64,000 nucleotides of DNA from an uncultured Planctomycetota bacterium (lineage in GTDB: Bacteria > Planctomycetota > Phycisphaerae > Tepidisphaerales > Tepidisphaeraceae), in the NCBI GenBank assembly GCA_963841915.1, contig CAWJEN010000006.1, positions 128,001-192,000 on the forward strand, given 5' to 3'. Numbering within the stretch: the first letter of the stretch is position 1; each line of letters opens with the position of its first letter. Of the stretch, positions 10,209 to 23,005 are shown piece after piece. The translations under genes were made by a program, and so were the position numbers. The notes below the pieces were generated by a model. That model made no database searches, was not told where the DNA came from, and saw only the letters and a list, made by a program, of their open reading frames with translations.

Positions 10209-13200
10209 ATGGGAAATGGGGCCACCGGCATGAAGTCCATCGGTAAGCCGTTCGCGAGTATCGCGACGGCTTTTAATCAAGCACCGCGCGAGCTTCTCGT
10301 CTCGCAGTCGTGCGACTTTGCGACCGACTGTGTGAGAAACGGGACGCCTGTTGCTCTGGCCGGCATCGGTGTGACGTGCGGTGCCAGTGCCCTCGCCGTC
10401 CTTGGCCTCGTCGCGGCGGTCGGCGGCGTTGCCGCGTGGCAGTCGTACGTTGAGAAACGGGACGCTGCCGAGCTGCAAAATCTGATCAAGCGGGCAGGCA
10501 CACAGGCAAACGACACGCAATCGCTCGTCCGCGAACTTCGCAAGCAATTGCAGCCGACGAACGCTCCGTCCGTCGACGATGACCCTGCCGTCGTGGCCGC
10601 GGTCGAAGCCTTCATCAAGGGCAACGTCGCAGACGCCGCGGAGGCTTGCCCGAAGTTCGTGCAAGACGTCCTCGACGCGGCTGAACAAGCAAAGACGAAC
10701 GACGGAAGCGATCTTCTCGAACTCGCCCGCCGCGACGAATTCAACCTCGCCGACGAAGTTCTCGCCCAAGCCGACAAGCTCGACCGGTTCTGGCCGACCC
10801 TCGTCGCCATCGCCGGCGTCACGGAGCAAATCCGGTCAACGCAACTCGATGACAGCCAGAAGCTCGATGACATCCACCAGTTCATCAAGCAACGGCGTCC
10901 TGCCGGAAGCAGCGCCCCTCGCCACAACCTCGCCGGGCTTGCCGTACCGAACCGTCGATTCGTCGGACGCCAAGGTCATTTGAGTCAACTCAGCACCTGG
11001 CTCGCCGACGAAGAACGTCCGCCCGTCCTTGCCCTCGTCGGTGGCGGCGGGTTCGGCAAGACCGAGATCGCCCGCGTCGTCGCGACCTCTGCCCTCGCCG
11101 CGTTCGACGGCGTCTGGTGGCTCAACGGGCTCGACGCCGACCTCAAGCAACCTGACGCTGACCCCAACGCCGCCGCCGAAGCACCGGATCGTAAGGCACT
11201 GCCTTCTTTCCTGTTCAGCGGCCTCCGTGATCTCTGCCGCACCCTCGGCCAAACCGTCGGCGACCAGCCCACCGATGCCCAGCTCGTCCAGGCCCTCCAC
11301 GCCGGCATCGACAAGATCGGCGGGCGACACCTGCTCGTCCTCGACGACGTCGACCCCATCGGTCCGGCTCGCCTCCTCTGCCTTCCCGGGTCACACCGCA
11401 CGCTCTTCACCCGTCGCGGCCACGCCTTCCCCGCCGAGCTCGGCCGTGCGATCGACGTCGGCAAACTTGCCCGACAAGACGCCGTCGCCATCCTCACCGG
11501 CGACCGACCGGAACTACGCAACAGCGATGATCCTGCCCTCGACGCCATCTGCGACGCCGATGTTCTGGGCGATCACGCGCTCGCCGTCGCCCAGGCGGGC
11601 AAGTACCTCGGCACCTTCGACGTCACGCCGACCGCACTGCTCGATCTGCTTAAGGCACAGAACGTCGATGCCGTCGTCCAGGAACTGCACGACGTCGATC
11701 CCGACCTCGCCGGCACCGGCGTCGGGCAGAGCATCGCCCGGACCGTCGGCTTGCTGATGGATCGCATTGACGACAACGCGAACGGTCGCCGTCTGCTGCT
11801 CGCCGCCAGCCTCGTCGGCCCCGACAACTGCCCGCTCGACCTCCTGGCCGACGCGCTCGACCTCTCGAAGCAGGAGGCGGACAAGGCCGCCGTCAAATTG
11901 CACAACCTCGCGCTGCTCCGCCGGGACAAGGTCAAGCGTTGGGATGAGGCAGAGCACATCGTCGTCTCGACGCACAACCTGACGCAACGCGTCACCGTCG
12001 CCCGTGCCGACGCCGCCGAGGTCGAAGCGACGGGCGCTACCCTGCGCGATCAACTGCTTAGCATCTTCACGACGGATGCTCTTGATCGTCCCCAGCATTG
12101 GCCACGCCTCGACGCTTTCGCGGCACACGCGCAGTCGCTGCTGGCCAAGGGGCATGGTGCTCACACGGATCCAAGCTGGGCTGTCTTGTGCAATCAGGTT
12201 GCCTACTTCGCGTGGATCGCTCGGAACAGGCATGGTACCGCCCTGCCCCTCTTCGAAGAGGCCGAGCGGATCGACCGCGCCGCCTTCGGCAACGACCACA
12301 CGAACGTGGCGAGGGCCGTCAACAACATCGGCAGCGTGCTGAAGGCCCGCGGCGACCTGGCGGTGCTTGCGAAGTTCGAGGAGGCCGAGCGGATCGACCG
12401 CGCCGCCTTCGGCGACGACCATCCGACGGTGGCGAGGGTCGTCAACAACATCGGCGGCGTGCTGCAGGCCCGCGTCGACCTGGCGGGGGCGTTGCGAAGT
12501 ATCGAGGAGGCCGAGCGGATCGACCGCGCCGCCTTCGGCGACGACCACCCGGACGTGGCGACGGACGTCAACAACATCGGCAGCGTGCTGAGGCGCCGCG
12601 GCGACCTGGCGGGGGCGCTTGGCAAAGTACGAGGAGGCCGAGCGGATCGACCGCGACGCCTTCGGCGACGACCACCCGAACGTGGCGAGCGTCGTCAACA
12701 ACATCGGCGGCGTGCTGGACGACCGCGGCGACCTGGTGGGGGCGCTGGCGAAGTACGAGGAGGCCGAGCGGATCGACCGCGCCGCCTTCGGCGACGACCA
12801 CCCGGACGTGGCGAGGGACGTCAACAACATCGGCAGCGTGCTGAAGGCCCGCGGCGACCTGGCGGGGGCGCTGGCGAAGTATGAGGAGGCCGAGCGGATC
12901 GACCGCGCCGCCTTCGGCGACGACCACCCGGAAGTAGCGACGGACGTCAACAACATCGGCAGCGTGCTGGAGGCGCGCGGCGACCTGCCGGGGCGCTGGC
13001 GAAGTACGAGGAGGCGTTCAAGATCGTTCTCCGGACGAACGGGGCGCGCGGGCAGAACACTGTCGTGGGTGCCAAAAATGTGCTCGTTGCTGGCGGCGAT
13101 CCGCTGGCCCTCGCCCGGCGGACCGCCGAGGACGAGGCGGCGCAGATCGTTCGGGTCGAGCTGATGAAGACTCTTCCGGACGAGTTGAAGACGAAGCTGG

Positions 13201-13214
13201 CGGCGTTGGAGTAA
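10209..13214 (+). CDS. NLR-like STAND (NB-ARC-type) NTPase with N-terminal hydrophobic/helical domain and C-terminal 42-aa TPR repeats; interrupted by a +1 (~12620) and a -1 (~12990) indel
   Basis: Motifs: HNL..PNRRFVGR, Walker A GGGGFGKT, Walker B LLVLDDV, LGDHALAVAQAGKY, HNLTQRV; then TPR units EAERIDRAAFGDDHPxVAxxVNNIGxVLxxRGDLAGALAKYE. ORFs 10209..12884 and 12619..13164 plus the in-frame tail 13011..13214 (TAA) join into ~1001 aa once the two indels are removed. Confidence 0.85.
12258..13010 (+). repeat. Six near-identical tandem ~126-bp TPR-coding repeats
   Basis: Units start GAGGCCGAGCGGATCGACCGC at 12258, 12381, 12507, 12634, 12760 and 12886; lengths 123, 126, 127, 126, 126 and 125 bp. 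Confidence 0.95.
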
Positions 13215-13257
13215 TGCCAGCCGGGATAAGCTGAAGAGATCAGACCGCGCTCTCGCG

Positions 13258-13704
13258 TCAGGCCTTGCCCGGTGGGCCTCTCCGGTGGCATGGAGTGGGG
13301 GGGCCAGACGGGGCAGATGCAGGTTGTTCGCTGGTCGACACGACTTGGACGGCGACTCCTTGTGTCGTGCCGTCGACATCTCCTCCGGTCTCCCTTCGGC
13401 TTCGTCTTGCGGCGGTGACGGGTCGACTTGCCGCAGTGTGGCTAAATGCCTGCGGGATCGGCGGCGAACCAGGGTCAATCGGCTCGCAGTTGACGTTGAT
13501 CGGCAGGCGTCTGGCATCGATGGGTCGCGGCTTGGGCCCGACGGGGCGTGAGATCAACCTGAGGGGGCTCGGGACGACGTCGATGGGATGCTGTTTTACA
13601 TCGATCGGGCGCCGCTTTACTTCGATGGGGCGCGGTGTCGCGCGGGTGAGACGATGGGGAAGGGGCGCTGCGATGTGCCCGACACAGTGGGCAGCGGCGG
13701 ACAT
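13258..13704 (-). CDS. Hypothetical heptad-repeat protein (x-P-I-D-x-x-x)n
   Basis: ATG at 13704 preceded by AGGGAAACG. Translation contains RPIEVKR RPIDVKQ HPIDVVP SPLRLIS RPVGPKP RPIDARR LPINVNC EPIDPGS. Variation is synonymous or conservative in this frame (CCG/CCC, ATC/ATT/GTC/CTC, GAC/GAT). It stops 43 nt from the STAND stop. Confidence 0.5.
   Translation of the reverse strand: MSAAAHCVGHIAAPLPHRLTRATPRPIEVKRRPIDVKQHPIDVVPSPLRLISRPVGPKPRPIDARRLPINVNCEPIDPGSPPIPQAFSHTAASRPVTAARRSRRETGGDVDGTTQGVAVQVVSTSEQPASAPSGPPTPCHRRGPPGKA
13456..13644. repeat. Degenerate 21-bp periodic array (9 units)
   Basis: A GATCGG/GATGGG-like hexamer recurs every 21 nt at 13456, 13477, 13498, 13519, 13540, 13561, 13582, 13603 and 13624. 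Confidence 0.8.
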
Positions 13705-13706
13705 CG

Positions 13707-13799
13707 TTTCCCTACCCCCCACCCACTACCACCACCTACCCCACCCTGCTATCCCACACATTTCACTCCCACACCATTCACTCCCACACCTTTCCATTT
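13707..13799. repeat. C/A-rich low-complexity tract with a 15-bp tandem repeat; G-run-rich on the minus strand
   Basis: Only one G (13748) in 93 nt. TTCACTCCCACACC(A/T) occurs at 13762 and 13777, with a degenerate copy just before. Confidence 0.85.
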
Positions 13800-13810
13800 G
13801 CCCCTGAACG

Positions 13811-14497
13811 GTGTCCATCAACAGCACCACCTCCGACGCGGAACTGATCAGCTTCACCAAGTCCTTTCTGCGGACGGTGACCGGCCGCGAGGGGTCGTTT
13901 GGTCTCGGTGCTCCGATCATCGCGGAGCTGCAGGTCAGCTATGACGCGCTCGTCGACGCGATCGATCTCATCGAGGACCCGAACACGAACTCGCGGGCGG
14001 CTTACGCCGACAAGCGGACCAAGAAGGTGACTGTTGTCGAGCAGCTCCGAGCGGTCATCGCGGTCGCTCAGGCGTGGCCGGCCCAGACGGACGAGAAGCG
14101 GAGCGAGCTGGGCATCAAAGTGCGCGATCGCAAACCGACACGCCGACCTATTCCGGTCGAGCTGGCGACGGTCGAGGTGCTGAGCGTGCTGCGTCGTCAG
14201 GTGACGGTGCAGGTGCGGAACCCCGAGGGCGGCCGGGCCAAGGTGGCCGGGGCTGCGTCGATTCAGGTCTTTACCCACGTCGGCGAGACGGCACCGGCGG
14301 CTGGTGCTGCCTGGACGTTCCAGATGTCGACCGGCAAGACGAAGTTCGACGTGCGGTTCCCCGACATCGTCCCGGCAGGCGCGAGCGTGTGGGTGGCGGT
14401 CGCCTACCACAACGCAGCAGGCACCGGCCCGATGAGCACGGCGACACAAGTCAACCTGCCCGGCGGCCAAGCGGTCTACGCCCGCGAAGCGGCTTAA
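13811..14497 (+). CDS. Uncharacterised 228-aa protein (helical N-half, beta-rich possibly FN3/Ig-like C-half)
   Basis: Clean GTG-start ORF with protein-like composition: SDAELISF...FGL...ELGIKVRDRKPT, then a beta-rich part ending VWVAVAYHNAAGTGP. Resembles a family I recall as multi-copy in Phycisphaerae (not verified). Confidence 0.75.
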   Translation: MSINSTTSDAELISFTKSFLRTVTGREGSFGLGAPIIAELQVSYDALVDAIDLIEDPNTNSRAAYADKRTKKVTVVEQLRAVIAVAQAWPAQTDEKRSELGIKVRDRKPTRRPIPVELATVEVLSVLRRQVTVQVRNPEGGRAKVAGAASIQVFTHVGETAPAAGAAWTFQMSTGKTKFDVRFPDIVPAGASVWVAVAYHNAAGTGPMSTATQVNLPGGQAVYAREAA

Positions 14498-14536
14498 GTC
14501 ATTCTGCATTGCTAAAGTATCAACCATCTCAGAGTC

Positions 14537-14706
14537 GGAGGAACGCGAAGGGGCGAAGGGGCGAAGGTCCGCGAAGGCCCGCGAAGTCCAGAAAAAGGAT
14601 GGGGTGGGACTTCGAAGGACGTTGACGTACTTCGAGCTCTCTACCCATTTCTCCCTCTCTGCCCTTCGCGCATCGTTGCTCCTTCGCCACGTCGCGCTTC
14701 GTCGCT
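14537..14706. repeat. Long imperfect inverted repeat built from GCGAAG / CTTCGC units
   Basis: GCGAAG at 14545, 14553, 14561, 14571 and 14581 (purine-rich arm); CTTCGC/CTTCGT at 14664, 14682 and 14697 (pyrimidine-rich arm); inner GGATGGGGTGGGA can pair imperfectly with TCTCTACCCATTT. Confidence 0.65.
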
Positions 14707-14742
14707 GTTCTGCCTTTCGTCTATCACTTCACGACTTTTATC

Positions 14743-15789
14743 ATGCTCACGCTTCAACAGACTGCTGTCGTTCCGTCGCCGAAGGGGATAATTGTTCGTG
14801 CTGCGGACAGGTTTGATCTGCCGATGATCGACAAGTTGCAGAAGGCGCACAGCGATGAACTGGGCTTTTTGCAGATGGCTGCCCTTGAGGGCAAGTTGAA
14901 GCGCGGGGAGATCCTCGTGGCTCGGGAGTCGCGGACGAAGCGGTTTGCGGGGTACGTGATTGCCAGCGATACGTACTTCAAGCGGGAAGAGGTTGGCGTG
15001 GTTTACCAGATGGCGGTGCATGAAAAGTACCGTCGGCAGCAGGTGGCTGCGTTGTTGTTGCGCGAGCTGTTTGCGTCGTGGCCGAGGGGCGTGAAGCTGT
15101 GTTGTGCGTGGTGCGCGCAGGACCTGGCAGCGAACAAGTTCTGGGAGGCGATGGGGTTCGTGCCGTTGGCGTATCGCAATGGATCAGAGGGGAAGAACCG
15201 CGTACACATTCTTTGGCAGAAGCGGGTGGATGCTTCCGACAGTGGGGAAGGTGTGGGGTGGTGGTACCCGAGCACAACGGGGGCCGGTGCGATTCGGGAG
15301 GACCGGGTGGTGTTGCCGATTCCGCTGGATCAGCACTGGACCCAGACGCGGCCGGCGGTGTTGCCGACGGTGGCGGGAGAGGAGAAGGAGGTCGAGGCGT
15401 TCGCCGGTATGCCGCGGAAGTTCGCGGGCGGCGTGACGGAGGACGACCAGGGTCGGCTCTGGCGAGGCGGCAAACAGCTCATGACGCCGACGATGGTGCG
15501 GGCATCGCTGGGCCTGAGTGAGCACGAGCTGTTCAGCGTGCCCGACGGCGTGGAGCTGGTGGGCGAATTGCCGAAGCCGACCGCGAAGAAGGCGGCGAGG
15601 AAGTTCGACCCGAAGGTGAAGCAGATCGTGCGGGACCTGCGGGACGACTGGCTGGCCCACGTCAACGCGAACGGCCTGCTGCTGACCGGCGAGGAGCGAT
15701 ACGCGACGGCACGGCAACTGCCGGCGGCGGGCGGAGGCGCGGGAGGAACCGCCCTGCCGTTGCCGGAGCAGCGGTTGCTGGCGGCTTAG
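14743..15789 (+). CDS. GNAT-family N-acetyltransferase with long C-terminal extension
   Basis: Acetyl-CoA motif A region YQMAVHEKYRRQQVAALLL and motif B DLAANKFWEAMGF; 348 aa. Confidence 0.8.
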   Translation: MLTLQQTAVVPSPKGIIVRAADRFDLPMIDKLQKAHSDELGFLQMAALEGKLKRGEILVARESRTKRFAGYVIASDTYFKREEVGVVYQMAVHEKYRRQQVAALLLRELFASWPRGVKLCCAWCAQDLAANKFWEAMGFVPLAYRNGSEGKNRVHILWQKRVDASDSGEGVGWWYPSTTGAGAIREDRVVLPIPLDQHWTQTRPAVLPTVAGEEKEVEAFAGMPRKFAGGVTEDDQGRLWRGGKQLMTPTMVRASLGLSEHELFSVPDGVELVGELPKPTAKKAARKFDPKVKQIVRDLRDDWLAHVNANGLLLTGEERYATARQLPAAGGGAGGTALPLPEQRLLAA

Positions 15790-15837
15790 ATTGCAACTGG
15801 TGCCACGGATTGAGCCGCGTTCTGACGCGGGCAACCC

Positions 15838-16077
15838 GTGCGGCTTATTGGTTCCGTCGCCCGCGATGCCGGTACTGACGAGAGCGGTATCGACTTCGTC
15901 GTCCGCTTCAAGCCCGGGTGCTCACTGCTCGATCAGGGGGCATTACTGATGGAGCTTCGGGAGCTGCTCGGTTACAAAGTAGATGTCATTTCCGAAGGTG
16001 CCCTCACCGGGCGCTTTGCGGAGCGGGTCGAGCGGGAGGCGATCGAGCCTTGCAGTGGCCACTCGGGTTCTCCCTAG
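15838..16077 (+). pseudogene. Degenerate minimal nucleotidyltransferase (MntA-type antitoxin) remnant
   Basis: RLIGSVARD...ESGIDFVV...SLLD...LRELLGYKVDVISE matches the MNT pattern GSxARG...SDxDxLV, but the first catalytic Asp is Gly, the N-terminal helix is missing and no HEPN gene follows. Confidence 0.65.
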
Positions 16078-16119
16078 TCACCCGTGGCCGTGGGGTGGAT
16101 TGGTGCTCTACCATCGGCC

Positions 16120-17109
16120 ATGCCTCTCAAGCCCCATGGCCGGATCTATGACTCCATTGCTGACACTGTTGGCGGGACGCCGCTGGTGCGGATCAATCGC
16201 CTGATTCCCGAAGGTCAGGCGACGGTGCTGGCCAAGTGCGAGTTCTTCAACCCGCTGGCGAGCGTCAAGGATCGCATCGGGTACAACATGATCACGGTGG
16301 CTGAGAACGAGGGCAAGATTACGCCCGGCAAAAGCGTCATCGTCGAGCCGACGAGCGGGAACACGGGCATCGCGCTGGCCTTCATGTGTGCGGCCAAGGG
16401 GTACCGCTGCATCCTGACGATGCCCGAGAGCATGAGCATGGAACGGCGTCGCCTGCTGGCTGCCCTCGGGGCGGAGTTGGTGCTGACCGAGGCGGCCAAG
16501 GGCATGAAGGGGGCCATTGCCAAGGCGGAAGAAATTGCCAAGGAGACGGCGGACGCGTTCATTCCCGGCCAGTTCCACAACCCGGCGAACCCCGAGATTC
16601 ACAAGCTGACGACGGCGGAAGAAATCTGGGCGGACACCGGCGGTAAGGTCGACGCGATCGTCGCCGGCGTCGGCACGGGTGGGACGATCACGGGCGTGGC
16701 CGAGGTGCTCAAGCAGCGGAACCCGGACTTCAAGGCGTTCGCGGTGGAGCCGGTCCACTCGCCGGTGATCACGCAGACGAAGAACGGCCAGGAGCTGCAG
16801 CCCGGGCCGCACAAGATCCAGGGCATCGGGGCTGGCTTCGTGCCGGACAACCTGCACATGGACATCGTCGACGAGGTTATTCAGATCAGCAACGACGACG
16901 CCTTTGCCTGGGGCAAACGACTGGCCAAGGAAGAAGGCATCCTCGGCGGCATCAGCTCCGGCGGGAACATGTGTGCGGCGGCCCAGGTGGCGGCACGGCC
17001 GGAGATGAAGGGCAAGACGATCGTGACCATCATGTGCTCGTTCGGCGAGCGGTACCTCAGCACGCCGTTGTTCGAGAACACGCCAGACGCGCCGGCGAAC
17101 ACGATTTAG
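16120..17109 (+). CDS. cysK: Cysteine synthase A
   Basis: [16 protein letters not shown] (PLP lysine), [42 protein letters not shown] at 16120 chosen. Confidence 0.96.
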   Translation: MPLKPHGRIYDSIADTVGGTPLVRINRLIPEGQATVLAKCEFFNPLASVKDRIGYNMITVAENEGKITPGKSVIVEPTSGNTGIALAFMCAAKGYRCILTMPESMSMERRRLLAALGAELVLTEAAKGMKGAIAKAEEIAKETADAFIPGQFHNPANPEIHKLTTAEEIWADTGGKVDAIVAGVGTGGTITGVAEVLKQRNPDFKAFAVEPVHSPVITQTKNGQELQPGPHKIQGIGAGFVPDNLHMDIVDEVIQISNDDAFAWGKRLAKEEGILGGISSGGNMCAAAQVAARPEMKGKTIVTIMCSFGERYLSTPLFENTPDAPANTI

Positions 17110-17180
17110 CGGAACCTTCGGCGGCTGGTGCGAAGTTGGATCTGGCCGCCTCCTCGGTTGCGTGGTACCTTGAGGCGTTT

Positions 17181-18257
17181 GTGAAGAAGTCATCAACCAA
17201 CCTGCCGCCCACCCTTGCTGCGTTCGGAGGGGCGAGGGCCACGCCGCCCGGCACCGGCGCGGTGCTGCTTCGTCCCATCGAGCCCCGCCGCCCGGTCGAG
17301 CGACAACCGATTAACCCTGTCAGCACCGCTATCGGGCGGACCGTTCCGCTCTACGTCGACCTGCACAGTCACACCACCGCGAGTGACGGCACTGACGCAC
17401 CCTCAGCGCTTGTGCGTAAGGCCAAGGCCGCAGGTTTGAGCGCACTGGCTATCACAGACCACGACACAGTGGCCGGCATTGATGAAGCGGCTCACGAGGC
17501 CCAGAGGCTCGGGCTCGACTTCTTGCCGGGGATAGAAATCAGCGCTGCCTATCCGCGGCCGGGCGTGATGCACCTGCTGGGGTACGGCATCGACCCGGCA
17601 AATCCGACGCTGCTGGCGCTCATCGGCCGCCTGCAGGAAGCCAGGCACGAGCGGAACCAGTTCCTCGTGAACGAACTCAACGCCGTCGGTGTGCACGTAT
17701 CATTCGAGGAGCTGATCGACATAGCACGCGGATCGCCCCACTCGCCGCGATCGGCAGAGGCGTCGACGGACCCGAACGACTACGTCATCGGGCGGCCTCA
17801 CTTCGCCAAGCTGTTGTTCATCAAGGGTTACATCCCGAACATGCAGGCGGCGTACAAGTACTACCTCGGCAACACGGGTCGATTCCGCTTCGACCGCAAC
17901 GAGCCCGAACCGGCAGAGGCCATTTCGGCAGTTCATGCAGCAGGCGGGCTCGTGTCGCTGGCGCACCCGAACCAGCTCCGCAAGTCGAACTTTGCCCAGC
18001 TTGCCAACGAGGTCGAGACGCTGGCGGCGGTCGGACTCGACGCCATCGAGGTCGTCTACAACGACCACCGCGAAAGCTTCATCGTGGAGCTCAAGGAGTT
18101 GTGTAGGCGGCACAACCTGCTGACCACTGGTGGCAGCGACTATCACGGCAGCTGCAAAAAGTGGATCGTTCTCGGCCGCTGCGGCATGCGGCGGCGTGTG
18201 CCACGCAAGTACTACGACCGCCTGCTCGGACGGCTGCAGGCACGGCAGGCAGCGTGA
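17181..18257 (+). CDS. PHP-domain phosphoesterase (TrpH/YciV-like)
   Basis: DLHSHTTASDG, AITDHDT, GIEIS, HLLGY, GRPHFA, LAHP, TGGSDYHG; start codon uncertain. Confidence 0.88.
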   Translation: MKKSSTNLPPTLAAFGGARATPPGTGAVLLRPIEPRRPVERQPINPVSTAIGRTVPLYVDLHSHTTASDGTDAPSALVRKAKAAGLSALAITDHDTVAGIDEAAHEAQRLGLDFLPGIEISAAYPRPGVMHLLGYGIDPANPTLLALIGRLQEARHERNQFLVNELNAVGVHVSFEELIDIARGSPHSPRSAEASTDPNDYVIGRPHFAKLLFIKGYIPNMQAAYKYYLGNTGRFRFDRNEPEPAEAISAVHAAGGLVSLAHPNQLRKSNFAQLANEVETLAAVGLDAIEVVYNDHRESFIVELKELCRRHNLLTTGGSDYHGSCKKWIVLGRCGMRRRVPRKYYDRLLGRLQARQAA

Positions 18258-18278
18258 CATGAGATGATGTTAAACAAC

Positions 18279-18307
18279 AAGGCCCGGCAGCGACGCTGCC
18301 GGGCCTT
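18279..18307. terminator. Hairpin between the convergent PHP gene and rpoC, probably a bidirectional terminator
   Basis: AAGGCCCGGCAGCG-A-CGCTGCCGGGCCTT; followed by GTTGTTT on the rpoC strand. Confidence 0.8.
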
Positions 18308-18331
18308 CGTGTGATTTGATCGACGCCTGAA

Positions 18332-22990
<4,659 letters not shown>

Positions 22991-23005
22991 CGGCGGCTCC
23001 TTTTG

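Noticed and set aside
12258..13010. DGR template/variable repeats or a CRISPR array
   Set aside because: Units are contiguous coding repeats without spacers; the AAC AAC ATC codons are invariant, contrary to adenine-directed mutagenesis; no reverse transcriptase or cas genes are present.
13456..13644. CRISPR or TIGR-type guide array
   Set aside because: The period is 21 nt with only about 6-9 conserved bases that vary in a codon-like way; no Cas or Nop-domain gene is recognisable nearby. Kept as an unexplained heptad repeat.
12200..14740. Chromosomal replication origin at the skew flip
   Set aside because: No dnaA/dnaN/parAB, no DnaA-box cluster or AT-rich unwinding element noticed, and the skew appears to fade within a few kb; cannot be fully excluded without the whole genome.
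9884..16080. Prophage, IS or integrative element
   Set aside because: No integrase, transposase, phage structural genes, terminal repeats or att-like duplication seen.
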